Source of the DNA: Botryllus schlosseri
Lineage: Eukaryota
Direction: 5' to 3'
DNA length: 64,000 bases
Assembly (NCBI GenBank): GCA_051294905.1
Contig: CM119372.1
Span: forward strand, 30,320,001-30,384,000
The translations under genes were made by a program, and so were the position numbers. Shown in pieces: positions 52,382 to 64,000 of the stretch (positions are counted from its first letter, which is position 1; each line of letters begins with the position of its first letter). The notes under the pieces were generated by a model that had not been told where the DNA came from, made no database searches, and saw only the letters and a program-made list of their open reading frames with translations.

Positions 52382-54279
52382 CAGTGGTTCTCAACATTTT
52401 TCACCTCACGGACCGGTAAAATTTTTTAAAATGTCTGGCGGATCGGTGCACTTCGAAAATTTAAATGAAGCCAAAACGTAAAGTATGCAACCGTTTTTTG
52501 CAATTATATGGTGCTAGAGAGTAACATAATATGGTTTTGATCGTAATTAATTATCTTCATGATGGCATCCATGTGATTTTATGGTAGTCAGTCTGCTGAC
52601 TCGAGATAAAATTGCCTTATCCAGATAAACGTGCTACCGCCGAGAGTCATTTACAGTCTTTCGAGCCGAAGGCCGTGGGTTTAACTGACCACGCCAACTC
52701 GAACCATGTCGAACCAAGCACCAAGACGAACCAAGCACCTTGCCGTGCTACCTTGCTCATAGCCCACCTTCCATCAGACGCATACGCTACTCAGGCAACT
52801 ACGAATACAACGTGTGCCGCAGGAAAACACCTTGCAGCAACTATACCGGCCATCCGGAAAGCCAGGCCGCAAAAGTACGTCGTTAGCCCACCCCAAAAAT
52901 GTTGGTCTTGGTCCCCCACAGGGCCACAGGGAGATAAGCCAAATTCCGGGGGATTCACCCCCAGACCGTACAGTTCGGTGGATGTTTTCACCCGTACTTG
53001 TGAGCACATTCATTCTAGTCGGTGCAAGCAGAGATTTTATGGAGCTTAATCGCGGCAATACCGAATATTATCGATCATTCATGACTGAATCGATTTTCTC
53101 GCTGCCGAATTTTTGGCACACCCTTCGGAGTTCCATGGTAGCCTATACTTCATTAGGGGTTGGTACGCCGTGGCGCGCCTGGCGCGGTAATGGCTATTTC
53201 TATAAATCATGCGTATATCTCGGAGAATGGCACCTAACAAGCAAGACATTTAGTGGCACTAAATCGCGCAAAGCGCGAAAACAACTTGAAAAATGTTGGA
53301 AAAAGTTTCAGCTCGACCCCTCTCCAATTGGGCGGTTTTGGGTGCCCAGTTACGGTCCTACACAAAATGATCGCGCAAACTGCGCTGTTTAGCGATGAGT
53401 CAGTTCGTACCTGTTCTGTACTTGTCGCTCGTCAAATAGCACGTCTTGAACTTTAAGTCAAATCGAACATGTTTCAAACCCTAATGATACCTCACGAACT
53501 TCTGAATTATTTTAAAATTTGATGTTTTATTTATTCTATCAATGGACAATAGGGCGGTTCAAAAATAACCTTTTTTCCTTAATCTTGCGGGTTACGTGAT
53601 TAAATCGTTAGGTTGCCTTAAAAAACGACGCACACCAAATTTGAATTCATTCCAACCAATATTCGCGATTTTCGTAGAGTTTGAAAATTTTGAATTTGCC
53701 CAGAAACGCAAAAAAAAAATTTTTTCAAATTTTTCTGCCAACCCCATGAAATTGTTGGGCTGTCTTCAAACACTATGCAAAACAAATTTGACTCAATTCC
53801 AAGCCGTAGAAGTGGAGTTATTTCAGTTTTTATTTGATAATTCTGGGATTATCCTTGATCGGTGGATAATCCAAAAATTTACATCGAAAAACGGGAATAA
53901 CTCCGCTTCTACGGCTTGGAATTGAGTCAAATTTGTTTTGCATAGTGTTTGAAGACAGCCCAACAATTTCATGGGGTTGGCAGAAAAATTTGAAAAAATT
54001 TTTTTTTTGCGTTTCTGGGCAAATTCAAAATTTTCAAACTCTACGAAAATCGCGAATATTGGTTGGAATGAATTCAAATTTGGTGTGCGTCGTTTTTTAA
54101 GGCAACCTAACGATGTAATCAAGTAACCCGTAAGATTAAGGAAAAAAGGTTATTTTTGAACCGCCCTAATGGACAAGCCTTCAACATTACATCTTGAAAT
54201 TGAAGTATAAAATTGTAATATAGGCCTACCTCGCGGACCGGCCGGAATGTCGTCGCAGACCGGCGGTTGAGAACCACTG
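52382..54279. mobile_element. hAT non-autonomous element with nested inserts
   Basis: Termini CAGTGGTTCTCAAC...GTTGAGAACCACTG; perfect TSD atctagac. Confidence 0.9.
53550..54168. mobile_element. Foldback (palindromic) MITE
   Basis: Termini TAGGGCGGTTC...GAACCGCCCTA; ~270-bp near-identical arms; perfect 8-bp TSD atggacaa. Confidence 0.92.
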
Positions 54280-56441
54280 ATCTAGACCTACTAAAATTTC
54301 TTACGTTGTGATACGACCAACCCAGGCTTCAAGTTATCCTCGGTGAGAAAAGAGCATCAAAACTATTGTGCTCGTTGTTAAATCACCTTAGTGGAAAGGA
54401 TCGTCTCATTGTCAATGCTTTGGCCACCTCTTGCCAGGTTCCCATGCAAGCACTATTTTATATTCGGCAAAGCCGTAAAAAGCAGGTCACGAGTTTGTCT
54501 GCACAAACCAATGAAGTAGTGATAAACACCACTATCTTAGTATGTAGACAAAAGCAAACAATATGTATTTGAATAGGCTACTCCAAAAGTACAAGTACTT
54601 GATGCGGTTTGACTTACTTTTCTGGAAGGTGGTCGAACGATAACGCTGTCGTAGGCTTGCGCGGCCGATAGCTTCACAAAATTGTCGCTTATGATGCCTA
54701 TCTTCTTTTCAGAGTCCCAACCGCTTGGCCTGCGAATGCATATTCAAGAGGGTCAAGAACAGTAGTGGCGTTGGTTAGCCTATCAATAGGCCTTCGTTAA
54801 TGCATGCAAATTTAAATTGCTTGATCCACTGGAAAAATTCAATAATATTGTGACTACCTCATCAAAATTTTTTAGCAATCAAATTACAAACATTTGCAGC
54901 AGTGGCTATCATCGTTATTTTAAAATTCAAATCCTGCTACACACTGGGGGTTGAAATCCGAGTCTCAGTCCATATCCAGCTAGGTGACAGCTACTGATTA
55001 AATCCGCTGTCCAAATTCTACATTACTTATATCCCATGTTCAGTCAATTAAAATAAGGCCAAATCTTCAAATCCAGTCCAATTCCGTATGTCTGATACAT
55101 AATGCTAGGCAGAGTCAAGTAGGCTACCATAGTGATAAGATTAGACATTGCGTAGGGCTGTAGACTGTTTGGTTCTAGCGATTTTTTTTGACATGTCAGA
55201 ATAAGTCCAAATTTTGTCAAAATTGTAGCGTTAGGACAAAAATTGTCAAAATTGTTTACCGAGTCAAAATTTTTTTGATCCCTACATTTTCTGCTTATCG
55301 TAGATTTTGCATTGTCGGTGAACTTATCATTTGACATTTTACAGCTTGTAGCCTACTTCATGGCCTACCGATACCCGAGAATGTGGGAAAGTATTTTTCG
55401 TTGTACTACAACAAATTTTAATTATTTGTACCGCAATACGTGATGCAACTACTGGAATTCTTCATAGAGGCAGATTTCGTTAAAATAAAATTTGTCTGCT
55501 TTTAAGTAAAAATGCCAAACTATTCCTTAAGAACAGACAGTTTCAGCCAGAAATGAAGATAAGTAGTACAATTTTAACATTATTTGTGTTTATCCGTACA
55601 CGCGAGGTCAAAACTAAGTTTTTTAGGTAAAAAAATAACAGAATTTTGATTTTTTAAGTCAAAATCTTACGTGTAAGGATGTTGCAAATAGGAAACATCA
55701 GACAGAAATATAAGCCTATCCTATTCGAAATTGGATGAATACGCTATTAGAACCAATTAAAATATCAACTTCCCCTCCTGGATGGTAATAAATTTCAGCG
55801 TAAATCGTGGTGAAATTGTGAAAAAAAGCACAGTACCCGAATGATAACTTCAACGTAAATCACCAAATATTAGAAACTGCCGAAAAGAACTTGCCAACCC
55901 CTAATTCAGGTCTAAGCTAACACATGAAAAATGGGAAATGTACATACACAAACACCGTGTCCTTATCTACGACGGATGCCGGCGTGGTAAAAGGGAATCC
56001 GTATAACTTGTGCAGCAGGTAGCTATGTAAAATTTCCGTGTTCTTATTGTCCTTGATCGAAGTATAAATAAGGGCGGCACCGTCTGTAACAGTAAACAGC
56101 AGTTTTACGACAAAAATTCAGGAAATTGTAATTAGCCTGATAGGTCGACGACGGCGTAGTGCAAGCGATCAAAACTAGAGTAGCCCACTCAATATCAGAA
56201 TGTTGAGCCGATAGATAATACAAATTTTTTTCCATGAAGCTGACATTTTGTGCCGATATCAAACGTGACTTGTTTCAACTAGACCACTGGCGGTAATATG
56301 ACAATTAGTCCCATATAGACTTCATATATTTAGAATCAAACTACAGCAGCTGAGTAAGAAACTAGTGCCTCCAGCCAAAAAAGATATGTCATTTGCAGCT
56401 CAAGAAATACAACTTTTCAACATTTACACCACAAACAGAAA

Positions 56442-57602
56442 CAAGTGAGGCAGCACCTGACCTGTCGTCAGGGAGAGTGAATGAAAATTTTGAAACCTTC
56501 AATTGCAATAAGTATTTTCTAATGATGTTCATGAATGACAAGAATTTGAACATTTTGCTCCCAGAATCACACAATTTGTATATTTATTGTTCGAAAATAT
56601 TGCGTGAAACGAGAGGTAAAGTACAGACGGGACAAGCCTCGCCATTGATAACGTAATTCATCGTAAATAGCTTAGTATTTATTATAACTAATAATAATCG
56701 AAACTAAATCTCGCACTGATACCGAAAATCTAAATACTGATCTAATTCTCGATGGCTCGCGTGTCGCATATGGCTCTTTTGGTATAAGATATGGCTTTTT
56801 GCCAAATATATATTTTTGTACTGAATTGATCGATAGTGCAGCAACTTGTTAGTAAATTTTCATCACGGCCAGAATACTTATTATCGTGGCATGTATAAAC
56901 ATGTGTTTGAGAGGTAAAGACAATGCCGTCTTCAGCTTCAGGGGCTCGGACCCCCTCTTTTCCAAATCCTCAAATTTAAGTTAATGTCGCGCCGGCGACC
57001 AATATCACTCGCGAATTCGATGTACCCGACTCGAAATCTTGGATTGAACGATAAGTTGATTGATCAAAGAGAATGGCAGACATGGCGACACCCATATGAC
57101 TACGCAGTTTTCAAATACACATTATCTTCCTGATCTACCACGCGAAATGAAATGCTGACCAACTCGAATTACAAACACTGTCATAGCTATCCAGTATTCA
57201 CGTCTTTGGTTGGTAAGTAGCTCTGTAGTACCGGCGGTAAAACATATTAGTGCAGCGCAACGTTATGTGCTACCGCCGAATACTTTGAGGATCGAGAATT
57301 AGATCAGTATTTAGATTTTCGGTATCAGTGCGAGATTTAGTTTCGATTATTATTAGTTATAATAAATACTAAGCTATTTACGATGAATTACGTTATCAAT
57401 GGCGAGGCTTGTCCCGTCTGTACTTTACCTCTCGTTTCACGCAATATTTTCGAAGAATAAATATACAAATTGTGTGATTCTGGGAGCAAAATGTTCAAAT
57501 TCTTGTCATTCATGAACATCATTAGAAAATACTTATTGCAATTGAAGGTTTCAAAATTTTCATTCACTCTCCCTGACGACAGGTCAGGTGCTGCCTCACT
57601 TG
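56442..57602. repeat. Long inverted repeat: 312-bp arms (56442-56753, 57291-57602) with a 537-bp spacer
   Basis: Arms are reverse complements with one mismatch seen; no TSD. Confidence 0.9.
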
Positions 57603-57805
57603 CCTCCCCTGATTCGACGTCACCGATGTGTCATAGCTTAGAGCGGATAGGCAAGGCATGTTTACTGCTGCAGTGAACATGTCTGGCTTCACCTGGCATC
57701 ATACGGTCTCGTAACCCACGTTTTTCGTGCTTAAATAAGGCAACCAGCATGATTAGTACGAGACTTTACAGATAAAATGTTACGCACACGACGAATCCTA
57801 TGAAG

Positions 57806-59041
57806 CAGTGTTGCCAACTCCGGATGGAAGAAAATCGCTAAAACTGGTGTCAAAAATCGCTAGATGGCGCTAAATATTGAGAAAAAAGCGCTAAAAAATA
57901 GCGCTAAATATGCAAAAGGTGCTAAAGGTGTTAAATTGAACCATTATATCGTAATATTCTTCTCAGCTATATTTTACTCGTCTGGGGCCAAAGTCACTTA
58001 TCATATTTCTAGTTCATAATACGTAATAGTCATATCTAAGCGGGACAAAACGGCAGTGCATTTCGATAAAGCAGATCGCTTTGCGCAACGATCGCTATAC
58101 GTGAACTGAACACTGACCAGGTTTGCAGGCATAACCGCTCAGTATATCAGCGTGCCTTACTCGATGCGTCCGTGAATACGTGATGCGGTGTACCGTGGTT
58201 ATGCGCTTGACTTCTTCTCTAAACTGTGTTGGAGTTGGCCTACTTGAACACGACATGCGACTTGACACACGTGTACACGACATGCGACTTGACCCGACAC
58301 AACACGACATTGAAACGGGTTTGTTTGCCACTATAAGTAGAGACCTTAAGAAAATAATCCGATGACCAACCCGGTGTATGAAATGTAATTAATCTGGTCT
58401 TAAACGAATGACCAGACATTGGAGCGACCTCAAAACAGCCCCCAAAGTCTGGAAATCGGCATTGATAAGAACAATCGCTGGACGAAATTGGTCATTGTTA
58501 TGTTCATTGTGTTGCGGCGGTGCCATTGTTGGAGCAATAATGCCGGTTTTCAGACTTTGAGGGCTGTTTCGGGGTGCATGGTTCCATTGTCCGGACGAGA
58601 TTTTATGTTGTATTTTCGATATCACTGCGACACTATCTTTCGATCATGGCCATTTTGGCCAATTATATTAAATTTTAGCGTTCAGGTCGCCAGATGTAGC
58701 AGTGCCAACTATGCTACTTTTAGATTACTCAGCAAGAAGAGACACTGTTTGCCCATGCGTAACCGCCAGGAGTTGCGTATCTACTACTATCTTTCGGTAT
58801 GTAGTAATCTAAAATTATATATCATCGGAGTCCGCACTCTGGTGACCGGTATAGCCAATGCAGTCGACAGCCAGAACTGATCTTTAGTGGTTATTTTCGG
58901 TAAAAAAGCGCTAAATAATCGCTAAATAATGTTTCAAAAATCGCTAGATTTATCGCTAGGCGCTAGATCCATATTTTTTGGCGCTAAACCGGATGAAAAA
59001 TCGCTAGATCTAGCGCGAAAACCGCTAAATTGGCAACACTG
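57806..59041. mobile_element. hAT MITE with CGCTA subterminal arrays
   Basis: Termini CAGTGTTGCCAA...TTGGCAACACTG; perfect TSD ctatgaag. Confidence 0.9.
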
Positions 59042-60329
59042 CTATGAAGTGAGTACGGATTGGTGCTACCATGACGTCACGAAATTTCAATTGTGACGTA
59101 ACAGTTGATTGACATGTATGGCTATTTGAGAGTTGAAATGGAAAAAATAGGGTCAATATGGCTCCTCGGACAAAAAAGGTTCCCGACACATGCCCTACGC
59201 AAATACTCATACAAGAAGTGTCGCTTGTTCTACCTGCCGCTGCCCGAGAGTGACGATAATTTTCAAATCAGTCACGACTCGATGATCATTGATGACGTTT
59301 GCAGAGTGAGCCTTTCTAAATATATTATTATTTACATGACATTCACTAGTTAATTTCGAAATAAAAGTAGGGCCCATCCACAGTGTACATATAAAACGAC
59401 GAATATACTTATAATAGCTCTAGTTATGAAAATTTGAATAATTCTAGTTTTAGTTATAGTTGCGCTTTCTGAAAATCCAATAGTTTGACAAGTCAGTCCG
59501 CATCTTGCAAAATAAAACAACTTGCATCGTTTTTTGAATCGTAGGAATGAATTGCTCCCAACACTGGAATGAAGTGATAACGCCCTATGGTACATGGAGA
59601 AATTATACGGTTTATTAAAGTTGTTCCGGTTTGCTGACAATTCAAACATATCTATACCAATCCAATGCATTTACGAATCTAATTAGATTACTACATTTGC
59701 GAGACATTTTATAACAATAACGTTTAGGTTTGGACAGGGAGGAATATACGCAAAAAATGAGACATCTGAGTACTGTATGTAACGTAGAATTTTCCATCTT
59801 CAACTGGTTTCCCGTTGGTGCTATCGACTCCTCCGGTGTCCTTATCTTATGCTGAAACGCAATAGTGATGATAGATTAATCGGCAATATTGGCACATACT
59901 TCGATTTATATTTACATTGCGGATATGTGCTGATGAATGTCGAATAAAGCAAAACAATTGTTGAACTGCTACCAAATCTGTTCGATTCGGAATAGACTTA
60001 CGCCCATTGGCATATATTATACATCCATGGTTCTTAACCGGTGTTTCCGGGAACCCAAGGAGTTCCCTGAGCTAGCCTCAAAGGTTCCGTAGAGATCAAA
60101 GCGCATACTCAATTTCTACACAAAGTATTGGTCGTCATTGGTTGCAAGCGATGAGTCAAGGCTGAGCTATTCTCCAATTGAGCGATGGAAATTGAGCAAT
60201 AGAAAGTTTTACTTCGGCGATAACGTAATCTACCTTTGCCTTGTGTATGACGCTGGCGATTTAGTGTAGCTTGCGAATCTCTCAAATGTGACATGACACG
60301 GTACTTTATCGGTATACGAGTTCGCCTTT

Positions 60330-60470
60330 ATTGAATCGCTTCTTGGAGGTACATAACTTCAATATACAATTAAATAGTATATTCATATTGAAATGAACCC
60401 GAATATTTTGACACCGCGTCAGGGGTAATCGTCAGCAACTAGTAGAGAATTGGAAAGAGCATTAGTATAC
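60330..60470 (-). mobile_element. Penelope-like pseudo-LTR fragment
   Basis: Reverse-complement similarity to ~52040-52170 and ~35630-35740, including tagttgctgacgattacccctgacg. Confidence 0.65.
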
Positions 60471-63400
60471 TCTGTATGCTCGTCGGTTATTTGCTGCATC
60501 ACGTTCGAATTAGGACAAAGGTCGCCGAAATATGTCTAGTCACGATCCCGTAGGAATGCGTCACGCTCAACATGTATTAGCTGGTTGCTTCCAACATCTC
60601 CCGGCGATTTGGTATCATTGCCACCTTTTCCATGTGATTTTATCCAACGAGAATATGCAATTGCTAAGTCACTATGGATTACTGACGTACGAAGATCCGC
60701 ATATATTCATTGACAACGTTTGAGCGCACACGGTATATATTTCTAACAGCGTATTTTCCATTGGCTCCGAGTTCAATTCAGTCCGAATACAGTTTCGTAA
60801 ACATCGTATATCCGAGCCCGATCTAAATCCAGCGCTAAAATCGTCAAATCCTGTTTTATTTTCTAATGCGAACCCCAATTTATGTTGGTATCTGCGAACT
60901 CTTCGCCAAGCCTTCAGAATCCTACCAAATATCAGTTTAACTTGATCAACGTGATCGGCGTGTAACCGTGGTAGATATTCCTCAGATTGAAAACATGGTA
61001 CCGCGTACCGGTGGCATTGCCTCCACCTAAATATTAGGACTATTGTGTGGGTGACTCGTCATAATACAACGTCTACGCGACTATTAATGGAATGTGGGAA
61101 GGAATCGTACAAATTATATGTGCTTGAATGTCCAGCAACCAGCAAGCTATTTTTGATGAAGGTATCATTTTCAAAAGATGTTATCACTCAACCAATCAAT
61201 TTCACTGCACTGAGTAGTAATTCACGGCATTGCTTTTACTTTAGTGGCAACGAGGACTAGAAGAGGCTAGTAGAAAATGTATCGCAATGCCCCGTTCCCA
61301 CGAATGTCCGAATGTTATACACCAAATTCCAGAATGTTCATTCAATGAGAAGGACAAGTGGACGAAATAGTTTTAGAGACAGCCGTGAGGCAATACATAT
61401 ACAATATACATCACGAGCAGGCACCACACACCAAACAGATACATACAACGTCACAATTACTATGCGCCCAAAGGCATACCTCTTTTCGATTACCTGTAAT
61501 AGGCGACCATACAAATCTGCCGGTCACTTGCTGGATCATACTCTAATTGGGACAAAGGTCATCAAAATATGGCGAGTCATGGAGAATTCGTCGTCATGCA
61601 AAATTAGTGGACTGTTCCCGACAACTTCGTGCGATTTGGCGTTGTCATAATACGCTTTCAGTCGGCAGTCGATTTGTGACTGTTGTAATGATACATCGTG
61701 TGCAATGGTGTGTGCGCATCGCGAAATCGGAACCACTTCATTCTGAAATGACTGTCTCAAATGTATATAAGCTCAAATGTAATTAACCAATTGATATCAC
61801 GCTGTTGCGTTTCGGCCGAACAATACGATAACACATTCCAAGGTGCAGCCTCGTATTTCTTGAGTGGAATCTGAAAGGGAACAGCAGAAGCCACACTGAT
61901 TTGCAATAAATATTCATTATAATGTTTTCGTTTTGTGTGACTTTTTAGTGGTTTTGTGCTTTTATTACTGTGTCGATGCGCGGTTCATTTTCTGCACCAG
62001 TAATCCATAGTAAAATATTAGATGTGTAGTTAGATATTGTGATAATTTCTGTTTTTGTGACTCGCGAAAATTTGTGGATTGTAGGCTTGTAGGTTAGCGT
62101 AAGTGTTCCGTAGCCCGTAGGTAACCATAAAGGTTATAACAGGGGTTCTCAAAGGGTGGGCCACAGGAGCATTTGAGGTGGGCCACAAAGCTATTTAGAA
62201 TTTTTTTAAATAAATGCAAGTTTAGTTATATTTGCTATATTAATCCCTAAAAATATATTCATATTATCTAATTATACGTAGGCTACGTAAAGCTTTTCAT
62301 CCGACTCTAATGAGACGTAGTGGCACGTATGGAGTCGACATGTTCAAGTCGAAAACGCCCGGGAGGGAGAAACGGCAGCTTTTTCCATCGGCTATGACAA
62401 CCTACGGCTAAAAGAAACTAAAATAATTTCGAGTATATAATAACTGGAAGGTAATGCTGAAGTAACCAAGTATTCCGTATGCCGTTAAAAGGGGTGTCCA
62501 ATAAACTCGGAATGAAGTGTAACTGAGGTATAGACAGGACCGTAACAGCACTTCGTCAGGCCACCCCCAAAACGTTGGTCTTGGGCCCCCCATATGATGA
62601 TAAACTGGACTTCTGGGGGGCTTCGCCCCCAGACCCCCCTCAGGCTGTACGATGTACGCCGTTTTCCGCTACTTATCATCTAACATGGGCCTCCGTTGAC
62701 ATGATTGAATCGGTAAATATGATCGGAACTTGCATACATATTGCTATGAATTTTTACCCTCTCTCTGCCCACCTAATCAGATTTACAGGTAGAGCTGAGT
62801 GAGGCGTGTTTGAAAAGGTAAGACCCCTCAATAATAATTAAACATCTTCCGGCGTATAGCCATTGACAGGAACGAAACAGCACTTCGTCAGGCCCCTAAA
62901 AAATACTTGGGTCTTGAGATCCCATAGCTGGGTGATAAACCTACCCCCAATCATGTTCGCTTTGCCACGAAATTAGTCGTACTGTTAAGTGAGCCAGCGC
63001 CAAGCTCGAAAATTGTCGATAATTCATCATAAAATCGGTCAATAAGATCGGGAATTGCATATATATTGCTATCAATTTCTTGTCCTCTGCCCACGTAATC
63101 AGATTTACCGGTAGAGCTGAGTGACGTGTCTTGGAAACTGTAGGGCCCGTTGGTATGACTCCGTAACATGATGTTATTTCGTGACCTCCTGTCTGCTATA
63201 TCAAAAAATATATAATCGCCCAAACGTAGGCTACTAAACTAAACGACACACACGATTTCAAATTGGTATTTCTTCACTGGTATATAATTTTCCCCTGCGG
63301 GATGGTATTTGTCTTGTGAGGTTCAGATTGCCAAGGCTATGTATCCTGTATGTATTCCCCATTGTGCTCGAGCCCCCCAATTGGGGGGTTTGGGTGGCGG

Positions 63401-64000
63401 CAGTTACGGTCCTGGGTATAGATATACTGTACTTAGGCAAGTCGTATTATTGTAAGATAAAAATATAGTCATATTTGGAAATTATTAGCAACTTCTGGTG
63501 GAGGTATTTGTACCACCGCAACGAATCGCAATGGATTGAGGATTTAGCGGAGAGCATTAATCCGGTTTAAAATATTCGCCCTGGAAATCATTGTACATAA
63601 TGTAAGAGTCACATGAATTGATTGTATCATTGGATTGAATATTCTGACATCGCAACTTCATTTGGTTTGTTACAAGGCATACAATGTGCATTGTGCATTG
63701 TACATCATGCATAAAATATTTCTCCACTTCTCTGTAGTACCCCATTCACCAATGAATTGTTTGAAGCTGACCCAGTGTGATTATATTATTTCCCACAATA
63801 GTGGAACTAAAATCCCAATCACACAGCGGATGCATGGATTTGATGACTGTGTTTCTCGGCGTGACGATCATAATATACATACACAGAGTTTTAGCCTGTG
63901 ATCTACCAGGGCCGTAACTGCTGCATCAAACCCCCCAATTGCGGGAGCTCGAAGGGGCCCAAGATTATTTCGTTGATCGTTTGCTGGAGGATATTTATTA

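Noticed and set aside
53596..54122. Two near-identical ORFs on opposite strands (same pattern at 56389 and 57470)
   Set aside because: Artefacts of inverted repeats
60480..61750. Possible RT and integrase remnants
   Set aside because: Only short motif echoes across stops and frameshifts; not supportable without a search

Overview
Eukaryotic (animal) DNA, AT-rich, with ~60-nt minimal introns and dense transposon content. An ascidian-like invertebrate is plausible but is only an inference. Four genes can be read directly from the sequence: (1) a 5-exon gene for a secreted 261-aa protein with a Cys segment, short collagen, neck and discoidin (F5/8 type C) domain (3321-10588, +); (2) an intact 3-exon THAP9/P-element-type transposase of 913 aa (22296-25818, +); (3) a compact 4-exon orphan gene of 136 aa with an Arg8 run (27470-28069, +); (4) an intronless AIFM2/FSP1 (40784-41923, -). 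Mobile DNA includes a Mag-like Gypsy element with only one LTR and an RT motif-A deletion, an ISL2EU/Harbinger-type relic with ~140-bp TIRs, Penelope-like remnants with hammerhead-like pseudo-LTRs, a truncated LINE, tRNA-derived SINEs and more than a dozen often nested hAT MITEs with 8-bp TSDs. One Penelope remnant contains a partly duplicated dynein light intermediate chain exon. All calls were made by eye; no searches were run.
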